From Amoebidium appalachense (taxonomy: Eukaryota; Protista; Ichthyosporea), in the NCBI GenBank assembly GCA_963693365.1, contig CAVNZM010000017.1, positions 3,763,375 through 3,827,374 on the forward strand: 64,000 bases of DNA, written 5' to 3'. Under the pieces are notes generated by a model. It did no database searches. It saw only the letters and a list, made by a program, of their open reading frames with translations, and was not told the origin of the DNA. The position numbers were made by a program, and so were the translations under genes. The number at the start of each line of letters is the position of its first letter. Position 1 is the stretch's first letter. Positions 15,570 to 26,910 of this stretch are shown piece after piece.

Positions 15570-16009
15570 CGGTGTGGGTGGGTGTGTGGGGTGTGTGTGT
15601 GGGGGGGGGGGGGGGGGGGGGGGGGGGTTGATTGGGTGGGTGGGTGTCCGTGTCGTCCTCCACGTGTGTGTAACATTAAGCAGACACGGGAGCAGAGCGC
15701 ACGGTGGGATGCGTGGTAATATAGTGAAAAATGCATGACGAACAAACTAAGAAGAGAAGCGGGTTTGAATGCTGCACCTACCATGTTTACTGTGCACATT
15801 GGTCTCTTTGTCTTACTAAGGCGTCAAGTCAGTTTATGTGGAGAACGTTTGAAGTGGGGCTGTTCCCACTCCAACACACACACATAGCTGTAATGAGCAT
15901 TGTTGTGCACAGTAGATCCGCATCCTAAACCACAACACACACTTGCATGAGAATGTGCCTGTGAGGCTCTTACGGACCTCTTCAGGACTTCACTCCCTAT
16001 AGTAGGAGG

Positions 16010-16091
<82 letters not shown>

Positions 16092-17319
16092 CGCGCACGC
16101 GTACGTGTGTGTGTGTGTGTGGAAGGAAGAGCATTGTGTGAGATGTTGAATATTTCTTTTCATGCAGCGAGCAGTGTTGCAGTCGAGCAACCGCAGGGAC
16201 GTACCATTAGCCACACAGAGGAGGTGCGCCAGCAGATGTCCGTGCAGGAGGCTAAGGATGCGGTAAGCAACAAGCACATAACACACACACACACAAGGCT
16301 TAGCACACTCACCCAGGCATAAAATCGCGCGTACACACACCCATACACACACGTGCGCGCACACACACAAGCACACACGCTCGCGCGCTCACACACATAT
16401 GCATACATTCACACACAGACAGACGCACACACATGCACACACACACATGATCACGTACACGTGGGAGTGCATGTACACGTGTGTGTGGGTGTGCAAGCAC
16501 GTGCTGACTGTGCACTGCAGCTGATGAGCCGCATGCTGGAGGCAGCACAGGAGCAGGCGGGGGTGCGCTTGGAGCAGGACGACATGGAGGGGGTGGACGA
16601 GGATGAATGGGTACGTGCATGCATCCACACGTACACACGTGCATGAGCAGTGCTTGCTCTGTGTGCACATGTATACCCACGCATGCACAGTGCTTGCTGC
16701 ATGTGCACACGTACACACACGCATGCACAGTGCTTGTGTGTGCACACGTACATTCATGCATGCACAGTGCGTGCTGCATGTGCACTTATACCAATGTATG
16801 CACAGTTGCACTTATACCAATGTATGCACAGTGCGAGCTGCATGTGCACTTATACCAATGTATGCACAGTGCGTGCTGCATGTGCACTTATACCAATGTA
16901 TGCACAGTGCTTGCTCTGTGTGCACGTGCACACATTTATGCACAGTGCTTGCTGCTTGGCACACACATGCATACTTATGTGTACCAATATGGGGAGGCCG
17001 GGGGGGGGGGGTTTTGAATGCGTCAAAAAGTACGAAGTACACAAGAACAAACGGATAACACGATGCAGAATGCAAGCCATACATAAAGAGTATGCATAAT
17101 AAGCAGAGCCCATCCTCAGGGGGGGCCCACGTCATCCACAGTACCCGAGTTTCGACCTATTCCCCTCGTTAACGAAACCCAACTCAGATACTGTTTCACT
17201 TGAACATGAGTAGGTCACCCGTCTTGATCAGAGACGAGCAGGGTTGCTTATGCAGGCAAGGGCAGTGGGAAAGGCCGGGGGTTAAAGTTGCAGCAGTAAG
17301 CAGAAGCAAGAAAAATATG

Positions 17320-17353
<34 letters not shown>

Positions 17354-17600
17354 GGGGGGGGGGCAAGGAGATCTATACGAGTACCAGCTGCTTTGGTTTT
17401 TTTACCGTTTTCTTTAGTGTCGGCATGTTCCGATGCTGGTGCCTTTGGGCTTCTCCCGGCCCCCCAGGGGTTCTGCTATAGCAAACGAACACATGCGGCC
17501 TCCAGTTGCTGGTAAATTAAGCACACACAATGAACACCAATGTTCTAGTAGCCTGCAAAGTTGCACTGACGCCAACCCACCAACCATGCAGGATGACTAG
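959..17600 (+). CDS. CORO7: Coronin-7 (tandem double coronin, POD-1 type), 27 exons, ~928 aa
   Basis: Phase-consistent GT-AG exons: 959-1021, 1245-1341, 1585-1736, 2990-3109, 3389-3484, 3941-4036, 4442-4528, 5066-5203, 5627-5836, 7004-7089, 7497-7645, 8008-8084, 8589-8720, 9278-9376, 10054-10150, 10542-10628, 11168-11233, 11718-11791, 12380-12481, 12898-12983, 13524-13659, 14198-14325, 14678-14756, 15371-15506, 16168-16262, 16521-16610, 17592-17600 (2787 nt). Two coronin repeats: MAKRFQVSKFKN...HSGPISDLAFSPFSDGLLATGSDD...GILLPLYDEDTNLCYLAGKGD...VPRKSHTEFPADLFPDT, then a Pro/Ser linker, then VVRSSKFRHIEG...VPRSKREHFQDDLFPPT. Acidic end EGVDEDEWDD* is typical of coronin-7. Confidence 0.93.
3201..3326 (+). 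repeat. Diverged copy A of an unnamed intronic interspersed repeat
   Basis: 3201-3248 matches the minus strand of 17239-17192 at 38/48. 3255-3304 matches the 161-bp core at 36/50. A poly-C run follows from 3327. Confidence 0.75.
10732..11070. repeat. Degenerate intronic minisatellite (~45-55 bp units with CA spacers)
   Basis: Recurrent cctctgRgcctattYtgcac...tgatgtgcacacac units, about 6 copies. Confidence 0.6.
15065..15225 (+). repeat. Copy B' (5'-truncated) of the intronic repeat; left arm of a 161-bp perfect inverted repeat
   Basis: Exact reverse complement of 17006-17166 (aggggaataggtcgaaactcgggtactg...gacgcattcaaaacccccc). Flanked by C-rich tracts. Confidence 0.92.
16761..16925. repeat. 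38-bp intronic minisatellite
   Basis: Unit tgcacagtgcgtgctgcatgtgcacttataccaatgta repeated about 4 times, one copy internally deleted. Degenerate copies extend over ~16620-16990. Confidence 0.8.
17006..17321 (-). repeat. Copy B (longest) of the intronic repeat; contains the right arm of the inverted repeat
   Basis: 17006-17166 is identical to 15065-15225 inverted. 17192-17239 is homologous to copy A. Bounded by G-runs on the + strand at ~17000-17011 and 17322 onward. The 5' boundary beyond 17239 is inferred from the homopolymer only. Confidence 0.8.
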
Positions 17601-18086
17601 GCAGCCCAACAAACGATGCACTCCATGGCAAAGGCCACATCCAGGCATAAACTTTGGCTGCTTATTTTTGGCTGCTTGAAGCATGCATGGTACAATATAT
17701 AGTCACTCCCGTATGTGTGTGCTGCCACTACACCCCTAGTTATGTACAGTGGTGATGTTTTGGGTGGTGGGTGTGGCTAGAACGACATTGTAATGTGCAT
17801 GTTGGTGCATTCATGTCGTGAGAGGTGTTGTACATGTATTACGAGTACGGAAAGATTAGAGGTACCCAACTGTTACAGCATGCGCTGTGTGTTTGGTTCT
17901 GTGCTAGGCCTGCTTGGAGCAAGCCTGGCAACAGCAAATAAAACGGTATGCTGCTGTTCAACGAAACTAAATCAGGAAGATAATATGCTTACTAAGCCAA
18001 CGTAATCTTTATATACATACATATATGTATATATGACAAAGAGAGAGAGATGAATCGTTCAGACGCATTGCCCTAGTTTTATGCTT

Positions 18087-20250
18087 TCAGGATGGCCCAC
18101 ACCTACTAGCCAATGCTGGTTCTTGCATCGAATATATGATCCCCCACATTTACAAATGTGTAACCTCGCGTATCACCCAGCCGCATCGTATTAACCCCAC
18201 CTATGATTCCATCTGTGTAGTTAGGCCGTGGCAGCACTTGGGCCCGTGCCAGGCAGGCGCTTCAGCTCACCCCACAGAATATTCATCACAGCCTCAGCCT
18301 TACGCCGGTAGTAGCGGAACGCATAGTCCGCAACATCGGGGGTGGCCATGTGGTGCCGGTATCTGCAAATGGCAATGGGGTTGTAGGGTTAGGTCTGACT
18401 TTTGGTGGGTGGCGAGTAGAATGTGCTTCGTGCACACTACCATGGCAAAAAACAAAGTAAGAACGTGTTTTATACAATAGGGTGCAAAGAAGCACAGGTT
18501 ACACTATGGTTGGTGCATGTAACTAAGACAAACCAAGAACTTGCTCACAGTGCATGCAGAGCTAGTGAAAACGAACCGTTGATATCGAGTGAACGCATGC
18601 AGCATGCCGAGGCAAGGGGAGGACTTCGAAGGAGGGGGGTAGGTTTACCTGTGGGGCAGGGAGTCCCAGAGGTCCAGCCAGCACTGAGTCACATAGTCAA
18701 AGTCAAATGCAGCCTGCTTGGTGCCGTTCTCCTTCTCTATCTTCTTGGGCTCAGTGTGTGGTATGTCCACTACAAACGCATGTGGCAGGCGCAGGAACTG
18801 GTAGCCGGCCATGGCCATCTCATAGACCTAAGAGTGTGTTACAGAGCACATGTACATTACCACCACGGACAAAACCATTCGGAAGTTGCAAAGCACACGC
18901 AGTACAAGGTGTGTGTGTGTATGTGTGTGGACGGAGGGGTTGGGGTGGGGGGAGGGGGGGAGGGGATGGGATGAGAGGGGGGGGCAGTGCTGTGTGCACA
19001 TGGAAAAGGCACCCTGGGTTATGCATGGGCTGCATGTGCAACGGACAACACACACGCACACGGACACACGGACACACGGACACACCCACACACTCGCTCG
19101 CGCACACTTACACACACACACAGACACACACACACACACACACACGTCACACACACGCACACACACACACACCTGCTGCGCGTAGTTGCCACCACGGTTT
19201 ACAAAGTGCTCGTCAAAGAGGGGCAGGGGCACACGTGCAATGTAGTAGGGTTCGAATCTTGTGACGTAGGGGAGATAGTCCACCGTGTCGCTGGTCATCC
19301 ACTGAACGTGGTTGGTGGGGCCGTAGGCTGGCGGGAAGTACGCATGCATGGGTTGGGCTGACCCGTCTAGAAGAGCTGTCACCAAGGACTCCTGCAGTGT
19401 GGTGTTAATATATGGGTGGGTAGGTGTGTTGGTGGGTGTGTGTGTTTGTGTGTGTATGGGTGGATGGTTGAGGTGTGCGCATGTGAATGGGTGGGGGGAG
19501 GGGGGGTGCATGTGTGGGTGTGTGTTTAAGGGTGTCTGTGTGGTGGGGTCACCGTGGTGCGTGCATAATTGTGGCCCGGTGTGTGGATGTGTGAGCGGGT
19601 GAATATTCGTCGTCAGTATCAGTGGCTTCATGTTGCACGGAGCGAACAGCATAAACAGTAACGAACAGGAGCTTGGCATTCAACAAAGTGCAGATGCGGA
19701 CAAAAAAATAAACCGAACTGAAGAGAGTTCGTGCCTGAGACATATGAAAGGGGTGTAAAGAAAAGGAACACATGCCTTTGAGATGGTTGCTGTGCTGTTG
19801 TTCTCCTTGTAGAGCAGGGCAAGACGCTCAATAGGCATCTCCACTGCCGGAGGGATGTATGCACGCAGCCCAGGGCACTTGTCGGTACGGGTGCCTGCAC
19901 GAATCACTGAGGTGGCTACTGACTCGGCCTCCATGGTCCACTGAATGCCATGGGGTTAGACGGGTTCGGGGTGGTGGGGTGTGTGGGTGTTGGAGGAGAG
20001 AAGGGGGAGGGGGTGGGGGGGAAGGGGGGGGGGGGGCGGGGACCAACACGGTGTGGTGTATGTGTGTGTGTGTGTGTGGGGAGGGGGGGGAAGGGAGGTG
20101 TGTGTTGTGTGTGTGTATGTGTGTGTATGTGTGTGTAATTGCGTATGTGTGTGTGTGTTCGCACGTGCGTGTGTGTGTATATCCGTCTCTCACTATCTGT
20201 GAATACATGTCTCATTGTTTGTTTATGCACATCGCATGTATACCTCTCTC

Positions 20251-20326
<76 letters not shown>

Positions 20327-21484
20327 GTGTGTGTATGTGTGTATGTGTGTGTGTGTGTGTGCTTGTGTTTGTATGCCTGCGTGCTGTAATTGTTGTTGCA
20401 CGCCTGCACGTTCACACAAGCACACAAATGCAAACCCCTGCCACACGCACATGTCCCCACACTCACCTGCACATATTGGTCGTGGTTTGCATTAGGCACC
20501 ACGTCCACATCCAACACCAGTGTCAGCCCCGACACCACGGTCTGCAGGGCCACATTCCTCAGCATGTTGATGGGGTAGAACGACGCGCTCTCATCTGCAG
20601 GGGCATCTACCCTCCACACCACGTGTATGTCCACATACTCTCTGATCACCGCATTCTCAGCAATGAACGGCTCCAAGACTTCGAGCTCATCTTTGGATTG
20701 CACTGCGTGTGACAAATACTTGAGATTAGGTGCGTGGTGGTTGGCTTTTGAAGGGAGGGGGGGGGGGGGGGGGTGGGGGGGGGGGGGGGGGGTGGGACCG
20801 TGCTACACACGCATGTGAAGCTTCTGGGCAAACGGCGGAAGAGCCGGGGGGGAACCGGGGATTAAGGGTGGAGGAGGGAGGGGCTGGGTGCGGAAGGAGG
20901 GTGGGGCGGGGGGAGGGAGGGAGGAAGGGAGGGGGGGAGGGGGGGGGGAGGGAGGGAGGGGGGGGCAGAGACAGCATGGAGAGCATTGCAAGGGGATGCG
21001 TTCGAGGCAAAGCTCAAGGATGTCTGTGTTCCATCACACCACTTCCTATTGCATAGCCTTTAGTATTTCTCAGTCTATCTTCAACTTTCCTTGTATGGGC
21101 TCTTGCTCTCGCATCCCTCCCTCCCTCCCCCCGGTTGGTCCCATAACTCTGGTTTTTTTTGCTCCCCCTCCCCCTCCCTCCCCCCCTCCCCTTTCTCTCT
21201 CCCTCCTTCTCTCTTCTTTATCTCCACCCAGCAATCTCTCCGGCAACCACGGTGTATGTTGCATCAGACCCACTAGTGAGGGACACATACGCAGCAAAGC
21301 AAAGGAGATAGGCCCCTGCCAGGTGGTGGCCAGGCTGACCACATGCTGGTTGCGGTTCCACGTGCCCTGGCTAGACACAGTCACATGGTCCTTGCACAGC
21401 GCGGGCGTCGCTGGGTGGTGGGGGGGTGAGTGGGGGGGTGGTGAGTGTGGTTATTTGGTGGAGGGGGTTTGCAAGGTAAAAGGT

Positions 21485-21563
<79 letters not shown>

Positions 21564-21565
21564 TT

Positions 21566-21596
<31 letters not shown>

Positions 21597-22422
21597 GTGT
21601 GTGTGTGTGTGTGCGCATGCGTGTGCATGTGTGTGTGTGTGTGCGCATGCGTGTGCATGTGTGTGTGTGTGTGCGTGCGTGTGTGTGTGTGTGTCACGGT
21701 GGGTGTGTGTCTGTCTGCCTGTCTAAGCCTCCTGTGTTGCCCTGCATGGTGTAGATGCACTCATATGCGTGCATGCCAGCGGTGTATGTGTCCGTGTTGG
21801 TTTATTGGGGGTCTAACAAGTGTGTCCTCCTGGTATAATGAAATGTGCGCGTCTTTAAAAACCTTACGACTTGCAAGTTGTGAAAAAAGAATTCCGTTTA
21901 GAGGAGAAGAAGGGGTTTTATATTGATACATACCCCTGCACACCTGTGTGCGGTTAGACGTGTGGTAGAAGGGCATGTATCCAAAGCGCTGGCCGTAGAT
22001 CACCCTCTCCCCACTCTCCTGCCCGGCCGGCAGTTGCGCATAGTTGGGTTCCTCCTGATCACACACTCTCGCACCTAACCCCTAGGTCAGTACTGCAAGC
22101 CTGAAATATGCTCTCTGCTAGTTATGGTGGCGCTAGCCAGACAATGTTATGTGTTGTTCGTGTGATACAGTAACATGGGACCTTGATCCTCCTTGGCCTA
22201 CCCCATTGACTATCACGGAATCAAATTATCCTCCCCCCCTTCCCACTCCCCACCACCACCACCACCACACACACACACACACACACCCCCCCCCCCCCCC
22301 CCCCCCTTCCCCCCCTTGCACAAACACAAACTCACAAATACACACATAAATACCCCCCTTCCCCTTTCCGACCCCCGCCCCCCTCTCCCCCCGCACACGC
22401 TCCCCCCTTCTCCTCCCTCCCC

Positions 22423-22453
<31 letters not shown>

Positions 22454-23254
22454 ACCCAAACACACACACGTACCCTCCACACGTGCAGCGCCAAAGCAGT
22501 ACTGCCTATTTGGGTCGTCGATTTTGACCAGCCCGGGCTGGTGGCTGCTGCAGCTGCCTCCGTGGGGTTCACTCTGTGCCGGCCACTTGTACAAATCTCT
22601 CTGCGCCACCGTGGCCACCACAGGGGGGCTGCCGTACACGTGCTTTTCCATATATAGAAGGTACTCCTGCTGGGCCGTGTAGATCTGCTGCTCAAGAACC
22701 TGGCTGCGGTTGAGCCTGTGGGGGTGGCGGGGGGGGGGGGGGAGGGGGAGGGGGGGGGGGGGGGGGGGGGGAGGGGGATTTAGCCGAGTTTGTGTTTCAT
22801 TGGGGGTGTAGAATGGGTTAAAGATTACGAAGTACACATTCAAAACGGACTGCAAAGCACACGCAAAAGTGTAAGTGGGAGGGTAGGGGAGGTTGCCGTG
22901 TTTCGCTGGTTTGGTGAGTGGAGGTGTGCGAGGATAAGTGGGTGGGTGTGGGCGATGGTGTGAATGTGTGGAATGCACGTACATGCTGTTGTGGCTTGTC
23001 GTAGTTGTGCTCGGATGTGTGATGGCGCATGTGGTGTATGTGAGCGCATAGGTGTGGGCGTGTGGAGGGGGATGGTGGGTGGTCAACAATGCCTTTGTGC
23101 CTTTACCTTGGTCCTTGTGTATGTGCATGTACCCGTGCTGTCATGTGTGCGAGCTATGTGCCCGTTATGCCGGTGTGAGCTTATATCTGTGTCTGTGAAA
23201 GGTCATTTTTGTGTACGATGCGTGTGTGTGTTTGCCTGTTTGCCTGTTGGTGTT

Positions 23255-23307
<53 letters not shown>

Positions 23308-23553
23308 CGTGTGTGTGCGTGTGTTGTGTTTGTCTATGCCGGCACACTGCGCCTGTGTATTTAGGTGTGTGTGTGTGTGTGTTTCTGTGTGTTTGCGTTT
23401 GTGTGTTTGTGCACGTGTAGGTTGTGTGTGCCGCTGTGTCTGCGCACTGTGTGCTTGTGTGCGGGCGCGGATGCGCATGCGCGTGCGTTCGTGCGTGAGT
23501 GTGCGCGCGCGTGTGTGCGGTGTGTGTACGCGTGTTTGTGTCTGGGTGCGTGA

Positions 23554-23634
<81 letters not shown>

Positions 23635-23731
23635 TGTGTATGTGTGTGTGTGTGTGTGCGCGCGCGCGCGCGCCTGTGTGTTCCTGTGTGTGCATGGATG
23701 TGGTGATTGTGCCTGTGTCTGCCCAAGGTGT

Positions 23732-23792
<61 letters not shown>

Positions 23793-24024
23793 TGTGTCTG
23801 TGTGTCCTAGGTACACAGGTGTGGCCATGTACTTGTGTGTGTGTTGCTGTAAGTATGTGCGCGCCTGTGTGCACGGCACCCTTGCTCCTTGTGTTTGAAT
23901 GTGTGCATGTTTGCATGCGAAGTATGCCTGTGTTCAGTGAGTGGGTATATCCACGTGCATCCCGCCTAGCGCATGCCCTTGCACGTTCATTATGCCATCT
24001 ACATAGCAGGTGTGCACGTGCACA

Positions 24025-24106
<82 letters not shown>

Positions 24107-24448
24107 GAAAGCACGCTCGTCCTGTGTCAGCTCGGGGGGGTTTGTCGGGTCCACCCTCTCCTCCTCGGGAATAATCACCTCAGGGGGATCATCATCAATC
24201 AACTCTCTCCCGTCACTATAAAGGAGGGGGTCCCCCTCTTCCCCCTCCGCCCCTCCTTCTCCAGCCTGTGTAGTCTCCCCCCCTCCCCTGTGACCAGCTT
24301 TACTGCCTGTCCATCCTCTGTTTTCGTGTTCATTAATGGCTCGCTTGGGACTGATTTTTCGGTTTCGGCGTCTGCTGATAGGTTGTCCCGGGGTACTCGT
24401 GTAAAACTCTCTCCTGTGGATCGCGAGAATTGTAAGTCATAGGTATAA

Positions 24449-24480
<32 letters not shown>

Positions 24481-25275
24481 GGGGGGGAGGGGGGGGGGGG
24501 TTGGTTGGTTGCTGATTTACAGCCATACAAGTTCTTCCATGACTCCGCCTTCCACGGGCTCAACACTACACAAACAGCAGAGAAAGTGCCTAAGGCCGCC
24601 AAGAAATCCCAAATGCCCTTGAGTGTGACTTCTATGAATGAGAAATAAAAGCCATATCTACATTAGCTCTTAAGGAAAAAAGGGTAGGTGTGGAGCAGCC
24701 ATACCTGTGAACAGCAGTACCAGCGTGAACCCTATCGCCACGGCAAGGAACATACGCTTTGCAGCCGGTGTGAACCTGGAGGGGTTGTAGATGTGTGTAA
24801 ACGCTTATTTTGTATCTTGTTGGATACTATACGTTTCAATAAACAGCTCCAAGAACGTTTCAGTGAGTTTTGGTGTACTGCATATTGTTAAGACAGGCAG
24901 TACAAATATGCCCTGCATTCGAGAGGCTCAGCAGCATACGTCCTGCATTGCAAACACCTTATCACCCACACCCCAGCATACATGTAACTTAATTTCCAAA
25001 CCAGCCTAACTTTGCTCAGCTGTCATCCAGAAAAATTTATAGTGTGCACAAACAACTCTTTGCTGCTATTCCCACCACATAGCTTCTTGCTCGCGGGCCA
25101 AGCAGGTAGCTACATTTGGAATGGGTGAATCAACACAACTCTGGCACATTTTGTTATGGGCAACAAATGTTACAAATGAGTTAGTACACAGAACCCTGCT
25201 GAATATGAAATAACTCTCTGAAGTAGTGGGTAGTGGACAAGCCAATGCATGTGCTGGGGCATAGGTTGCTTACAT
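18087..25275 (-). CDS. LARGE/B4GAT1-like glycosyltransferase (GT49-type domain) with N-terminal signal anchor, ~630 aa
   Basis: Phase-consistent exons (minus): 24775-24705, 24631-24529, 24413-24105, 22715-22483, 22074-21934, 21410-21291, 20702-20467, 19940-19776, 19391-19173, 18827-18649, 18362-18271, 18115-18087. Motifs [44 protein letters not shown] (DxD), [44 protein letters not shown] match the LARGE glucuronyltransferase domain. Start is either ATG 24753 or an ATG split across 25275-25274/24775 (uncertain). The last exon is tentative. Confidence 0.85.
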
Positions 25276-26879
25276 TTTCACCAGCAGCAGTCTCCAGCCT
25301 ATTGGTGCCTGGTTGGACAACTATGAATGTCGACCTATCACTGCGGGTTGTATCTGCTATTATGAATACGGTCTGTTTTTATCACCTGGAAACTCCTACA
25401 CTCGGGTGTTACAATTAAAACCATGTCATGGCCACCGCGTTTTCAAAAGCTATTTGTGTGCTATTAAGGCGCCTCACTCCACGGGTGGTATCGAGTGCTT
25501 AATCCGTGACCTTGCGAGTGTTTCTCATAAACAGGTGTACGGATCGAGTGCGTGTCTCCCTACGTGTGGCCGGTGTGCGCCACCATTCAAGAAAGCAATT
25601 CGCAATTAGCAATTCAGAAAGCACACCAGATAAGTTGTGCAGCCTTCTACCTAAACCTACACTCCCTTCCACTCCAGGTTTGAGACACTGCAAGCTGCCC
25701 GGCCGTGTTCGTGCAGTTTGCAGAACGTTAACCGGGCTTTCACCTACCAACAAAATTCAATAGTTCCTCCAATCACCATTCACTCGGGTTTTATTGATCC
25801 AATCAGATTGCGATCAGCACGCATTCCATATTGTTTGCGCAAACATCCGCTTGGCTGCGCCAAACTTTCGGCAGCTCGCCAAAGCACGGAAACTTTAAAG
25901 TTTCAACCGTGACAAGCAGAAAGACCCGGGGACAGGAAGGCCTCATAGAAAAGTAGGTACAATGCAGTACACATTCATAATAGAAAGAATGGTACGACAT
26001 AAAGGCTACACGGGATTTTCGTTGTGCACAACGAGCTCACCTGCTCTCATCCCTACATAGTGTGTGTAGCTCAGTCTTCCAATTTTATCACGCATTTACA
26101 TGCTCATGCTCATGACCATTCATAAAGCTATTATTATTGTTTTTGTTCTTCGATAAGTGATCAAAACACTTGTTTCTCTAGAAGTGCTAGCTGCTAGAAA
26201 GAGAGAACTTACGGCTAAGCATGACAACCACTTTATGTAGCATAGCACAAGGTGTTTGCATCAGCCAACAATCAGCCCGCCCGGGCCCAATAATTTCAAA
26301 GCGTTAGCAGCAGCTATCAGCAGCTATCAGCAGTAGACCTACACCAGTTTAAAAGTTATTTATGAGGTTCATGTCGCAGTTACCAGCAATCAATTGCATC
26401 TTATGCTCCTGGGGTTAGTTAGCAAAGCCCCGCTATCCTCATGCAGATTCCAGAGCAAACGCTTGAACACACGTTCGTAAGATCATATTCGAACAGAGGA
26501 CCATAACAGTACATCGTGACCCATGTAACTAAGACTCAGACAGTCAGATAAAATGAATGCCGTGCAGGCACATGTGCTCTTAGTATCTTTGCTTTAAAGC
26601 TAGCAAAACATACACGGCAATTGGTAATGTTTCTGCAGTGTGCCGACTACAGACTACACGACGACTGTAGCCAAACCTTCCACATGGTTGGTGACATGAA
26701 AGCTTGGCGGTGTATTGCAGTTTTCGGCTCACAATAAACCAACCTTTCCACTGATAACCAGTCCTCACAACTGCATCTTCCCCTTGAGTCCCCCACAACC
26801 TCCCCCCCCCCCCCCGCCAGAAAAAAGATTCTTCCTCTCCCTCACAACTGCATCTTCCCCGGGGAGTCCCTCCCTCCCC

Positions 26880-26910
<31 letters not shown>

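Noticed and set aside
15065-17166. A single 2.1-kb DNA transposon with 161-bp terminal inverted repeats
   Set aside because: The interior holds three required coronin exons, there is no target-site duplication or transposase, and homology of the right copy to copy A extends beyond the repeat end. Two independent insertions fit better.
22964-24442. 492-aa VC/HT-repeat ORF and many similar Pro/Gly/His-Thr ORFs across the window
   Set aside because: Translations of (GT)n/(CA)n and G/C homopolymers in introns. This one is antisense to the glycosyltransferase.
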